Assembly: GCA_035084275.1 (NCBI GenBank)
Contig: JAYJKW010000399.1
Location: 1,550,001-1,614,000, forward strand
Origin: Hydrolagus colliei
Lineage: Eukaryota
Length of the DNA: 64,000 nucleotides
Direction of reading: 5' to 3'
Part shown: in pieces, positions 50,190-63,167 of the stretch
Numbering within the stretch: the stretch's first letter is position 1
Layout of the letters: every line of letters begins with the position of its first letter
Notes under the pieces: model-generated
Database searches by the model: none
What the model was told of the DNA's origin: nothing
What the model saw: only the letters and a program-made list of their open reading frames with translations
Program-made: the position numbers and the translations under genes

Positions 50190-51374
50190 GTAAGTACGTA
50201 TTTCTCTGATAACCATTTCGGTCTCACGGAAGAGGTTGTTTCGAAGATTGAAACATGTGGAGAGGAATTGATAACATGTGAGTTGAACAAAGTGATGGGT
50301 GAGCACATGTACGTAAACACATTGGGGTATTAGTACAAGGATGGGTGAGAATGGCGGTGAGAACATTGTGGTTAACAAAGGGTGCAGTGAACACTGGTCG
50401 AGTGAGTTTGGCGGAAGGGAAGATGAAAACAGTGGGTTTACGCACCACTGGGTTGGGGGAGGACACCAAGAACAACAAAATTGCAATTATAAAGCGCCTT
50501 TCATGTAGGGAAGAAGTCCCAAAACGCTGAACTGTCAGGTCGAGACACGAGCGGGGGCGCGGGGTATGTGTGTGGGGGGGAGGGGATTTCAGCAAAGGAG
50601 GCAGCACTTGTGTGCGTACCACAAGAGTCAATACAGGGACGTGAGAAAATAAAAGGTGACAATATCGGTGGCTTACGGTACGGGAAAGTTGAGTACACGC
50701 GGTGGTAGTGGGTAATCAGAGTGCGAGATGCAGCACAATCGGGGTTGAGAATATTGGAGGTGAGAACACGGCTGGGAAAACACAATACAGAGGAGATTGA
50801 GCATGGGGAAGGCAGGGATTTGAGTACAAATCGTGTTTGAGCACAGAGGAGTGAACCCAGAGGTATGTGTGTGTATGCGGGAGTGTATACAGCTGGAGAA
50901 CGCAGGAGGGCGTTTGGATATGGACAAGTGCGGTGACGCAGTTAAACATACGTTGGGGTGTCAAATCAGTGTGAGTGGAACCAGGAATCTTGAGCATATG
51001 GAAGTGCAAAGTCGGGTGAGTGATCGCATTGGGGTATCAAAGAGTGACCATAATGGGGATTATAAAAAGGTTGGGAGATGGGCCTAGCAGATGGGGTGAG
51101 CAGACGGAAGGAGCAGCGATGAATAGTTGAGCACACGAGCACAACTCGAGGTGGGGAGTAGGAGTGACTGTTGGGGGCAGGCATGAACACGGGTGTTCAT
51201 TGTAAATCAGGAGGGAGCATGACGGCAGGGTGGATGGAGTTGGGGGGACCTGGGTTGGGGGTGGAATCACAGGAGGGTAAACGATGCTGTAACAAAGTGT
51301 GGAAGCGCATTATGATTGGTGCGCGATTGGGTTGAGCACAATGTGCTCTTGTAAAGTACATCCTTGTAAAGTGG

Positions 51375-51715
51375 AGGTCCTATGGCTCAATGGTTAGAGT
51401 TCGTTTCTTGCAAGCTGGGTAGGTCAGGCTGGGGATATCTGTGTTCGAATCCTGGCAGGTCATGGCGAATCCTTGGACAAGTTTCCTTACTGCACAAGAC
51501 TAATAATAATCCCCCCAAAAAAACACAATAAAAATTGTTCATATGAATCCACGACTGTGTGTGGGACGCTGCTCTGCTCAATTAGCTGCCGTGATTCGCT
51601 CACAAATAGATACAGTCAATTCACTTTACAGTGAATTCTGTGAAGCGCTTTGGGACGTTGATTAGATGTGGAAAGCGCTGTATCAAGTGCAAGGATTATT
51701 ATATATTAGTATTAT
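51375..51715 (+). mobile_element. Deu-domain SINE
   Basis: Same head, Deu core and tail as the copy at 47317. Confidence 0.85.
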
Positions 51716-52439
51716 AAACACTCCCACTCACCCTCCTGTGCTCTCGCCTAACGTGTGCACTGATCCTGTTGTTGGCAACCGTTCAGCCGCCATATGCTCA
51801 CCCTCACACTTTTATGTGGCTCTCCAAAAATGTAATTTTGTTAGGGTGTTTAGACCGCTCACTTCTCACCCTCCCGTTATCACTACCCACTCGAAACCCC
51901 CAACCCAGATGCTGAATCCTCTGTGTCCTCAAATAATACATACAGTCTAACTTCCTCACCATCGTTCACACATCTTCCTTTGCGTTCACTCCGGCTGGTG
52001 GGAGTGGGAGTAAATCCGGTGTGAGCACATGCGAGGGTGATTGGGTTAGATCAACTAATTTGAATAAATGGAAACCGGCGTGGGCACATTTGAGAAAGAA
52101 GAGGTGGGTGAGGCGGGCAAACCCGGTGTAGCGAAGGCAACGGGTGCTGGTTTGAGGATGGAGTGAGTCAGAGATGTAGGTGGGTGCAGTGGAGTGGACG
52201 GATTTGAAGTCAATAGTAAGGATTGAAATCAATCAATTCTGGACGGGAAGCCAGTAAAGTCTGCAGGGACTGGGGTAATGGGGGAGCGAGGTTTGTTACG
52301 GGTGAGAATGCGGAGAGCAGAGATTAGAATGAGTTGGAGTTGATTGATTTTGGTTGAGAGGAATCCGACGAGGAGGGCTTTGGAATAGTAGAGGCCAGAG
52401 GTTAAATTGGCATGGAGCAGGGTTTCAGCGGCTCTTCGA

Positions 52440-53330
52440 TCTAGATATTGCCGGCAATCTTTCCCTCCCTCTCCCCCTTACCACCTTTCTCCCCTCTCTT
52501 CGTCACTGACTTTACCCAGCACGACACTTCCCTCCCTATCCAACATTATCCTCTTTCTCCCTATCTCCGCTTGCCCCATTTCCACGACTGTTTGTGTGAC
52601 ACTACAAAGTCGCTGCCGTGTTTCGCCCACAAATATACAATGAATTTTCATACTCTTCTTCTTCCTGCCCCGAGCCCGCCCTCCGCTGCTTTGTCTCTAA
52701 CTGACTGTACATCGCCTTGGGACTTCCTCTGTACGTGAATGGCGCTATAGAGATGTACGATTTTATTTCATCTGACGGAGCTGGAATAATGCGATGCTTG
52801 TGGGTGACAGGAAGAGGGGAAAGAAGAACAGTTGAGGCCGAATTACTCGCCTAGTTTGTGTACGGGTTCGAAGAGTTTTAGCGACAGGCATTGAAGGTGG
52901 AGGAGGTGAGAGGCATGCGAATGGAGAAGTGGACGGGAGCAAAACATTCAGCTGCAGGAGGTTCGCGCTCATCCAGGTCCTGATATCTGACAGGCAGGCT
53001 GCAAAGTGAGGCTGGATAAATAGATTTGGGTGTGTCATGTGGAAGTATATACCCCATGTCTGCGATTACATCGCAAAGATGGAGCATATAGATTAGGAAA
53101 ACAATGGAGCCAGGCGTGGATCCTTGGGGTACCCTGCATGTAACCAGGTGCGAGTGGGAGGAAAAGCCATCTGTGGAGCTATACTTCTGGGTTTTTTTGA
53201 GGTAGGATTCGAACCAGACAACACTGAGGTGGATGATGGAGGGCACGCGATGGAGGAGGATGGCGTGGTCGAATGTGCCAAACGCAGCGGACACCTCCAG
53301 GAAGATAAGGAGGAATAGGGAGCCCTACTC
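52440..53330. mobile_element. Deu/L2-tail element followed by a minus-strand L2 RT fragment
   Basis: The minus ORF reads SAAFGTFDHAILLHR...RVPQGSTPGSIVFLIYML, an L2 RT core. Confidence 0.75.
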
Positions 53331-53810
53331 ACAAATTGAGAGGACATTGTTTGTGACATTCATGATATTTGAAAGAGAGGTAGATATTTATTTGCGAGGT
53401 TATGCGGAGAGAGCTGGCGAGTGGGATTAAATTTCTGGTTTTAAAGAGATGGGCCTAATGTTCTCCTTTTGTGCCGGAAATTTCTATTATTCGATTATTA
53501 CATGATGCCGAGCTCCCCAGTCCACGAACTCACTTTGAAACTTAACTCCCGCTGCCCACTAGTTCAAATTGACTCCCAGCTCATATTGACCCTACTCCAG
53601 CTAACTCCGACTCGCAGAGGGGGCAGCACATGTTTTGACATGCTAAAGACACTTATTAATATCAGTACACTTAACTGCATCGTATCAAACCTCAGACGTA
53701 TTGAATCTTAGAGAATGACGCTGGACTGAAGGTCGTTCCTGATGTTCACTGTCACAGAACAGATCAGAGTCAGTATTTGCGAGATTATCCTTATTGTGTT
53801 TCAATTACAG

Positions 53811-54095
53811 ATTCAGTCCAGAAACCTACTATTTCCGTGAATTCAGATTATCGGGTGTTTGAGAGAGAGGACAAACGTGAGATCTCGTGTTCTGGAAATT
53901 ATCCTAGAAGCAAATTCTCTTTATACAGAGATGGCAATTTTATCACAACACAGCAAGCTCTAGGGATAAGCAACACGGTCACGTTCATCCCATCGGAGAT
54001 CATTGCAGGAAATTACTGGTGTAGCTATACTACACGAGTAGACAGCAAGGAGGCCACATCACCAGAGAGCGAACCAGTGCGACTGTATTTTCGTG
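53811..54095 (+). CDS. Ig C2-type exon 1 (FcR/LRC-like)
   Basis: TTACAG|AT...CGTG|GTAAG, 285 nt. DSVQKPTISV...EISCSGNYPRSKFSLYRDG...AGNYWCSY...SPESEPVRLYFRG. Confidence 0.94.
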
Positions 54096-54559
54096 GTAAG
54101 CGCAATATGTTTGAAATTGACCTATATGTTCGTTAACCAGTTGCAATCTCACAATAAGTAATTAATAGGGATCGAAAATAATGGAACGTAAATTATACTA
54201 TGATAAACGTTAACAATCGAACACGACGTATAACGATATAAAATCTATTAATATGCAATATAGTAATAAACTTGTTATACTAAATTTTGCATTCAATATT
54301 GGATAATTTTGTTGCACGCATAGCTGGAATGGATAAAGATAGTAATGGTAAAAAAATAGAATAAACGATTCATTGTTATTTTGAAAAAAAAGGATTGTAT
54401 TTCACCACCTGTCACTGCAAATATCATAGTTATTTGTATTGTTGTAGTATTGTTTACCGTCGAATCACGATCGCAATTTTACAGGTACCTGTCACGCACA
54501 TTGGGTGACTAGAAGTGAAAAGCAACTGAACTCATAATATTGAGTATTATATTATACAG

Positions 54560-54868
54560 GCAATGCAAAGCTCGTGAATGGCGGTAGCCCGTGTTCCGGG
54601 AGAGTGGAGCTTAAACAACATGGACAATGGAGGAAAATATCTGGCTTTGGTTGGAATATGAAGGCCGCAGCTGTGGTCTGTAAGGAGCTGGGCTGTGGTC
54701 ATGCGCTCTCAGCACCAGCAATCACTCACTTTGGGGAAAGCTCAGGTCGCAATGTGACTCACGATGTTCAGTGCACAGGGAGTGAGTCTACCCTGAGGGA
54801 ATGTCACTCGCATCCCTCGAGTAACCATTCAACGCCTCACGACAATGTTGCGGGCGTCATCTGCTCAG
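54560..54868 (+). CDS. SRCR domain exon 2
   Basis: ATACAG|GC...TCAG|GTAAAT, 309 nt. GNAKLVNGGSPCSGRVELKQHGQW...AAVVCKELGCG...HFGESSG...VQCTGSESTLREC...AGVICS. Confidence 0.96.
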
Positions 54869-57291
54869 GTAAATACTTCTATCTCTGATCGCCAACGGAG
54901 TACCGGGCAGGCAGTGAGAGCATAGTTGGTGGGCAGTTTGTAAATTCGGAGGGTAATTTAGGAAGGGTGAGCTGAGCAAAGTGGTGGGTGAGCATGGCGA
55001 CGCAAGGGGTTTTTCACCATCAGGAGTGTGGTGTGCACGTTGGTGGGATCAGTGGGGGAGTGAGCAAAAGGCACTTGTTGGATACAGAAGCGTTTGGTGG
55101 TGCAAACTCGCAGTTAGGAGAGAGGTTTTGCATAGGGGGCAGCATAGCAATGTGGAGCACAAGGGGCGACACAGTGACGTGAGAAACAAAATGATGATCA
55201 TAACATGGCTTATGGTACAGGAGAGTTGAACTCGCAACAACAACAAAATTATATTGATAGTGCGCGTTTCACGTTGTGTGTCCCAAGGCGCTGAACAATC
55301 AGCTCAGGAAGCAAGAGATGGGGGTGGGGATGGGGAGTGGGGGGGGGGTGATTCGATGTAGTGGGAAGGAGAGTAGGAGAGTGGGAAATGTTAGTAGGTG
55401 TGCCAATGTCGCGGTCGAAGATAAAGGTTTTGAGACCGGACTTGAAGGAGGGGAAGGAGGAGGTGAGGCGAAGGGATTGCTGGATGTAGTTCCAGAGTGT
55501 GAGCACGGATGCTGAAAGCCCGGCCACCGATGGATTGGCGTTAGGGCGGTGGACGCAGAACAGGCCAGAGTATGTTGAGTTGAGGTATCGGGCAGGCTGA
55601 TGGGGAGACAGTAGGCAGTTGTGGGTGAACACAGCGATAGATGAAGCAGAATCGATCGTGATAAAATGTGAGGTGAGTATACGACTGGGAAAAAAAAACA
55701 GTTTGGGAGTATAGAGAGGATTGAATCTATTTGGTCGGTGTGGTGGGTGTAATGTCAGAGCTCAGAGGGCGTTATCACAAGTTTTTGAAGATGTGAGGAG
55801 CACAATGGGAGCCATTAACGGATTCGTTGAGGTCACGGTTGGAGCACAGATGGAGATTTGAGCACAGGAGTGATCAGCAAAAGCAGGGAGTGAACTCAGG
55901 TGGGAATGTGCAATTCTAACTGGGGTAAGAGTGTTTCCATAGGTAGCGGGGATCAGCAATGGGGTTTGGTGAAACACACGAGTGTGAACCAAGAGGGTGG
56001 TTGTAACAGGGTGTGTAAGCATATTATAGCGTGCGGAGATTCGGTTGAGCACAGGGTGCTCCTGTCTATTACGCATACCCACTGTGCTAATCCGTTATTC
56101 TCACAGCGCGTCCACTCCAATGTGTTATTGCCTCCTGTGTGCATTTCAGCTGCGATTCACACCCACTGCATTCACCTGCCACATACTCACCCACACGCGT
56201 GTAAGATCTCAAAGACACTCTATGGATGGAATTTGGATGTTGGTCTTGTTGCTGTATGTAGCCCCAACTTTGCTCACGCTGTCGTGATCATCAACCAATG
56301 TGCTCGAATACCTCCCCTCTCCCCTCTCCCCCGCCTCCCCCCACCGTGCTCAACCCACTGTGTTGACTCACAGTGCTCTACCCTCCCTCAACCATGTTCT
56401 CTCATCATATTCTCTGATCACTTCGGAGTAGGATGGGGGGGATGGAGGGTGGAATCAAGCGAGGATGAGCAAAAGGGAGGGAAACAAACGTGGGCAGAAC
56501 TGAAATGAGTTCAATACATGCACAACGGGCCTGTGCTCATTGGCAAAGCATAGGTGGATGAGCACATGGCGGAGCAAAGTTTGCAGGCGCACATCGAGGT
56601 TAGCAAGTCGTGGCAACATAGGCAGGTGTGGGTTCATGGAGGGGTGCCATTTGGGACGGAACACAGTGAGTGTGAGCAAAGTGCGATGAGCACAGGTATC
56701 TTATCACCAAAATGTGCTATGCACACGGGAAGTGCTGTGAACACTGGAGTTGGGGCCGGGTGGATGCTGAGCAAAGGTAGCCGTGCTCGGTGTACATTGC
56801 AGTGGGTTAAGGCGAGCATGTTCGTGGCGCTGATAACATCGTAGATGTACGGGGGTGTGGACACGGGCCTTATTGAAAATACGGATTGAATACGGGTTGG
56901 AGACGACCGGGTGAACATGTGCTCATAATAGAAAAGGTTTTGCAACGGGGCGTTTCAGCAAGGGTTGATCGAGGAACAATAAATTAGGCATTTAGCGCAG
57001 GCGACTGATAACAGGGACAGTTTTTTACACTGACCCCCATTACACACTATCCGCTCCTCACTCGGAATCCTAGCTCACACTGACGCCCAGAAAAATGTTT
57101 GAATGCAGCAGAAAAACTGTCCATTCAAGACCCGGATTAATAATATTTTACATTTCCATCTTGTATTAATCCTCGGGAGGCATCAATTCTATGGGCTGTC
57201 ACTGGACTCATTGGCGATCCCGATGCACATTGGCACAGCGAAGGTGAAAGGAAGTGTTGGGGAGATTATCTTTGTTGTGTTTTGATTACAG

Positions 57292-57576
57292 ATTGGGTCC
57301 AGAAACCCAACATTTCCATGAAGCCAGATTCTCAGGTGTTTGTGAGAGGAGAGGTTGCTGAGATCTCATGTTCTGGAAATTTTCCTGGCAGCACATTCTC
57401 TTTATCCAGAGACGGCGAGTTTATCACATCACAAAAAGCTTCAGAGAATAACAACATTGCCACGTTCAACCAAACGGAGATCAGAGCAGGAAAGTACTGG
57501 TGTAAATATATTGCACGCGTAGGCAGCAGAGAGATCACATCACCAGAGAGCGAGCGAGTGCGAATCTATGTTTATG
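57292..57576 (+). CDS. Ig C2-type exon 2
   Basis: TTACAG|AT...TATG|GTAAG, 285 nt. DWVQKPNIS...EISCSGNFPGSTFSLSRDG...AGKYWCKY...SPESERVRIYVYG. Confidence 0.94.
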
Positions 57577-58081
57577 GTAAGAGAAATATCCCTCACAGTA
57601 TCATGTTTGTCGGTTCACCAGTTCAAGCCTCACAATATGCCATCGATTATCACCTCGTTAATACATCTCAGAATGCGGAGACGCAACATACTATCATTGT
57701 GGAGTCCTATACCTCAATGAATAGAGCACTCGTCTTTCTCCTCAAGCCCAATAATAATCTCTAAAGGAAAATATATTAAATTGATCATTTAATTTCACGA
57801 ATGTTTATGGGAAACTGTTCTACACAAATGGTTGCCGAATTTCGTCACACATATATATAGTCAAATCATTTTACATTATACGCATTGAATCTCGTTGAGA
57901 CGTCTAGAAGACAAGTAAAAATGGTTAGATCAAACGGAAGGATTATTATTAACATTACTAACTGTTTAATTTGTGGTGGAAATACGAATCGAATAACAAT
58001 CGTGTCCCTACTTTTTGTGAAATCAGCAGAGGTGCACGTGGGTGAGGGAACTTGCCAAAGTTTCTTCCTACCCGGGAATTT

Positions 58082-58380
58082 GTGGAGCACCTGTAGCTCA
58101 GTGATTAGAGCACTCACCTTACAAACGTGAGTCCTGTGTTCGAATCCAAGCAGATCAGAGGCAAATCGTGTGCAAGTTCCATTACTCAGCACACCTTATA
58201 ATAATCAGACTGGAAAAAACAATCGATCATTTCAAACCACGACCGTTTGTAGGACACTGCTGTGCATAAATATACAATTAATTCCCTTTCAGCATTTTCA
58301 GCGAAGCACTTTGAGCGATCGATAAGATGTGAAAAGCATTATAGAAAATGCTAGGATGATTATAATATTATTATGATTAT
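58082..58380 (+). mobile_element. Deu-domain SINE
   Basis: Head 'ggagcacctgtagctcagtgattagagcactcaccttacaa...ttcgaatcc', a partial Deu core and the tail. Confidence 0.85.
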
Positions 58381-58929
58381 TCAACTTGTGATCTCTTGCT
58401 TCGGAGCACTCATAATGACGTGACCTTAGTGCTGTGAGACGCCGTCTGGCGTGGAGGGCGCTACAAAAATCAAAGATGTTGTTGTTGTTCACCTGTTTAT
58501 TTTGTTTCGATCAGGACATGTAATTTCTTGAAATCGATGTCTCAGATAATTTAAATAATAACAATAATAAAAGTAACACTTTACATCAGACACGTGTCTG
58601 AAACATTTTCCAACGTGTGACTGTCAGTTCGTGTAGTTTCCAATTTACGCACCATAACGTCCCACGCACAGTGGTGAATTGAATTAAAATCCAATTCTAA
58701 CCGACATTTCGCAGTGCCTTTAAACTCTGCGATTCCCCAAACTTTGTATCTCGCACGCTTGGACACCAAACTGGTGAGTGTGGGTTGAAGGGAGTTACTC
58801 CAAATGTACTGTCAAACATTTAGTTTTTGATAAATGAACTTGAATGAGGAGAACTTTGGAGCGAATCAGTGGTGATGTAGATCGTATGAGAACCAAGCGG
58901 AATACTTGCAAGTCGGATCATAATTTTAG

Positions 58930-59155
58930 GGTGATGGGGCTGACTGTGGTTATGGATATTGAGGACACCAGTCCCAAAAGAATCTCAGATGGGAATGACC
59001 AATTTATCATAGTTTTCTTTCGAGGGATTATTTTTGGGTGTGTGGAGTAAGCAACTTGCCCAGGATTTCGCCCTCAAATGCGTGGATTTGGCTACACGTC
59101 ACACGCTTTTAAGACGAGCGCTCTAAACACTAAGCTACCGAACTCCACTTGGGGC
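58930..59155 (-). mobile_element. Deu-SINE 5' half, reverse orientation
   Basis: 'agcgctctaaacactaagcta' (reverse-complement head) and 'gcaacttgcccagg'. Confidence 0.7.
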
Positions 59156-60214
59156 ACTGCGATTGCCGTTTATTATCATAACATTACTTGGGATGATGTA
59201 GCAATAACAAGAAGAATAAGAACATTTAACTTACAGCAAATTATCTACAAATTGTGGTGAAGTGATCTGCTGTTCAACGATAACTTATATTGCCAAGTTA
59301 CTTTCAGTAAGGGTATGTCCTTGGATGCGTAACATTCCTGAATTGGCTACAAAGACAACAGTATATAAAACAAAATTAATTTTGTAAAGAGTGTTTCTGG
59401 TTGGAGATGGTGTGAGGGTTCTGCAGGAGGAGAATCAAGCTGGTGTGGGGCCGAACTCGCGGTGGAGCAGAGATGAGGATGCAGTTAATGTGAGTGCGGC
59501 ATTAGAACTAATAGTGCCATGAAACGGTTTGTTCTTGAAATAGAATTTGAACGAGAGGAGATAGAACCACGTCAGACCGTCCCTGTGATGGAGTATTACA
59601 TAGAATGGCTGGATTACCATTAATAATACAGGATTACCATATATATAGCACTTTTCAGGCACCTTTCAAAATTCTCAAAACATTTCACTGAATATACAGT
59701 AAAGTGAATTCGCTGTGTATTTGTGGGTGGAGTGCCGCACCAAATCGTACACAGCGGAGTCCCCCAAACAGTCATGGATTTAACTAAAAAAATGTTTTAC
59801 TTGATGTAGTATTCTAGGCTGCGTGAAGCATATAAACTTTCCCCAAGTATCGAAACGAGGGTGCTCTCTTACGAGGCGAGTTCTATAAATACTGAGCGCT
59901 ACACTGAAGCTTCAGCCTGCACTGTGACTTCAAAGATCTTCATTTTGAAACATCAACCGTCAGACTCGGAGAAGAGTGTTTGAGACACGGATCCAGACTG
60001 ATACCGAATCTCAAAGATAACATAATGAAGAACTGCTGAAATGCACTCTTAATAAAATTCGCAAAGTTCTGCTTTGTCCTCAATCTCAGAATAAACAAAA
60101 ACTACGTGACAGGCTAAAGCTGAGACTGGGGTGATTACGTAATTTGATATTGATGCCTAAATCAGAGATCAGAGCGGGAGTTTGTGAGATTATATCTTCT
60201 GTGTTTAATTCCAG

Positions 60215-60499
60215 ATCCGATGCAAAAACCCACCATTTCCATGAACCAGGCCACTGGTGTATTTTTGGCAGTGGAAAGTGCTGAGATCACGTGTTCTGGG
60301 AATTATCCTGGTAGCATTTTCTCATTATACAGAGGTAGAAACATGACCGCATCAAAAACAGCAAAACATGGTCATTCCACAGCAACATTTGTCGAAACGC
60401 AGATAACGAAAGGCAGTTACAGATGTGAATATACAAAGCAATTATACGATCGACTGCTAAGGTCACCAAGGAGTGATGTAGTGAAAATCTACGTTAGAG
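60215..60499 (+). CDS. Ig C2-type exon 3
   Basis: TTCCAG|AT...AGAG|GTAAG, 285 nt. DPMQKPTISM...EITCSGNYPGSIFSLYRG...GSYRCEY...SPRSDVVKIYVRG. Confidence 0.94.
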
Positions 60500-61135
60500 G
60501 TAAGAACGAGAGCATGAGCGTTTGCACGTCCGTTTGCAAATCTAATTGTCTTTTATCAGTTGCAGAGAAACAATAATAAGGCTTCTATCGGATACTACAA
60601 ACTTGAGACAATTTAAATGTAGATCCTCACAATTCGATTCAAATCCACTCAATCCATGGCACCTCTCTCCCTTTCCACATTTAGCCCCCTTTCCCTTACC
60701 CAATCCAATATCTGATGCATCCGATAGACTGCCACATTTATCCTTCACATATGTGACTATTTTCCCCATAGGTGGATGTCGTGCATTAAGTCAATACGCC
60801 CCCAAACTGTGGATCTCTCCCTCAATCCCACTGTCTACCCCAACACCGCACTCTCCCCATTTTCATGTCCTTTCTGAAAATATTATCATTCAACCAGCAA
60901 ATAAGGCCTCCTGTCCCCACTCCCTCCCCACTCCAACCCCCCACCGCCCCCACCCCACTCCCTGCCCCACTACCATCTCGGAGAGAATATTGATAAGAGC
61001 TGCCGAGACGTGGCAATAAATCTAAGACAAAGATAATCTCGAAGACAGTGACTGGGCTCTTGTTGAGACTCATACTCGTTAGCACAGATCAGAGCGTGTG
61101 TTTGTAAGGTCATCTTCATCTTGTTTTAACTTCAG

Positions 61136-61441
61136 ATCCACCCCAGAAACCCAGCATTTCCCTGAGGCCGGAATACCGGAATTTTGTGGAAGGGGAAAGT
61201 GTTGAGATCTCGTGTTCTGGGAACTATTCTGGGAGCAAATTCTCTTTATACAGAGAAGTGGAGACGATCATATCAACCATATCTACAGCATATAGTTATG
61301 CAGCAACACAGTCTATTTACAGGGCAAGATTTACTCCATTCAAGATCATTAAGGGGAGATACTGGTGTACATACACTAAACAAATCTACGGACGAGAGCT
61401 CAGGTCACCAGCGAGCGAGCGATTGAGAATCATTGTGAGCG
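61136..61441 (+). CDS. Ig C2-type exon 4
   Basis: CTTCAG|AT...AGCG|GTAAG, 306 nt. DPPQKPSISLRPEY...EISCSGNYSGSKFSLYRE...GRYWCTY...SPASERLRIIVSG. Confidence 0.94.
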
Positions 61442-63167
61442 GTAAGAGAGAGAGCCTGCGATCTCTCACCAATCTCTATAGTCTCATTCAATTACCGGAT
61501 TGTTTTATGACCAGTTACTGATGGACACTAATAACAACAATTTCATATGATTTCATGTAATTGAGACGCCTCTAATGGCTATGTAGGAAACATCATCGAG
61601 TAAACTCACTGAAATGTTTGTGTGTAGAACAATCGGCTATCAATCTGGTTGATGAAGAAAGGAAATTTGACAGTGTTTGTTCCATCGCCTTTGAACGTCG
61701 CCTTGACAATAAATGCGCTATACTAGTGTAGTGCTGTTGTTGGTACTATCTAACAATCAAATGCATATAATCGCCATTGGCAGACAGCGCTCTTAAATAG
61801 GGCACAGGAATTCTGGCTTCTATGAAGCAAGCGTTTAAAACGATGCGTTTTAAACCTAATTATTTTTTGTATAATAACAATATTCCTTCACGTTGAAACC
61901 ACAACACGCCTCAACCACTTTTGAAAGTACAGTGACTGATGCTTGATGGCAAACGCAACATCCGACTTATGCACAGTAAATTCGCTTGTACGAAGTGAGT
62001 TGGTATCCAACAATATTTGACATCAACAAATGGCTTTCGGATCGCGTGTGTTACAGGATACGTAACAGTCCAGGATTGGCTCCACAAACTAAAGTACCTA
62101 AAATAAAATTATTATGGTACAGCTGATTTCTGGTTGTGAGGAAGTTCCGTGGCGCTACACAGTATGCAGCTGACTTTTACAGGTCTCTGAGAGCAGGATC
62201 GAGCAGGGGTTGGGCCGAACTCGTGTTGGAGCTGAGATGAGGGTGCAGCTCGTCTGGTAGGCGAAATAGAATCAATAGCGCAAAGAAACGGTTGGTTCCT
62301 GATGTAGAACTCGAACTAGATGAGAGAGGACCAAGCCAGACACGCACAACAACAGTTTCGATTTATATAGGGGAACACCAAGCATGTCGGTGTGTCAGAT
62401 TGCTTCAACCATGTTTGGGATGGAGCATTAGTACAGACAAAGAATGGAGTACTATTGTTATTAATCATAATTACATTTATTATTATACTTTTCAGCCATC
62501 TTTCAGAATTTTTAAAGCATTTCAATAAATTCAGTGAATACACTGTAGATTTGTGGGTGGAATGTCGCAGGAAACCGCACAAAGCAGAGTCCCATAAATA
62601 ACGGCAGAGTCAGTTGTGTTTTTGCCTATCACAGAGTTCAGTAGGGGCGACTGTGCAGAAGGAATGAAAGGTGTGAATCAGGATCTTGATCGCAATCCGC
62701 CGGAAACTGACAGCCAAAATCTGACAACCTAAATATTCAATTGTACGGGATAATTGTTATTCAGGAAAGTTGGAAAATCACAAGGAGCCGCTGTATATTT
62801 ATTTCCAGCTGAATTAAACGTAGACTGAACTTTGGTTTAACTTATCTTCCAATGGAAGCTATATCCACAACGTTGTTGTCCTCCAGCGCGGCACTGGAGC
62901 AATTGCCTGCACTGTGACCTTAAATTCGTTGCCACGTGGTTTCACCCCATATTCGTCTTATTCTGAGATGAGAGTGTTTGATACGGGGCCAAACTGACAT
63001 CCAATCTCAGACAAACACTGGTAAGAGCTGCCGAGACCTGGCATTAAATATAATACAAAAAACAGTCCCAAAGGCTTTGACTGGACTCATCTTGAGACTC
63101 AAACGTAGTATCAGCACAGATCAGTGCGAATTTTTGTGACGTTACCTTCTTTTTGTTTTAATTTCAG

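Noticed and set aside
50560-56930. GAGCAC-rich short repeats in the introns after both SRCR exons, as a CRISPR-like or regulatory array
   Set aside because: Irregular spacing and degenerate units in vertebrate DNA. Best explained as decayed minisatellite shared through duplication of the SRCR-Ig module.
59910-62920. CACTGTG heptamers at about 59918 and 62910 in the receptor introns
   Set aside because: No nonamer at 12 or 23 spacing and no J-like frame. They recur only because the intron is duplicated.
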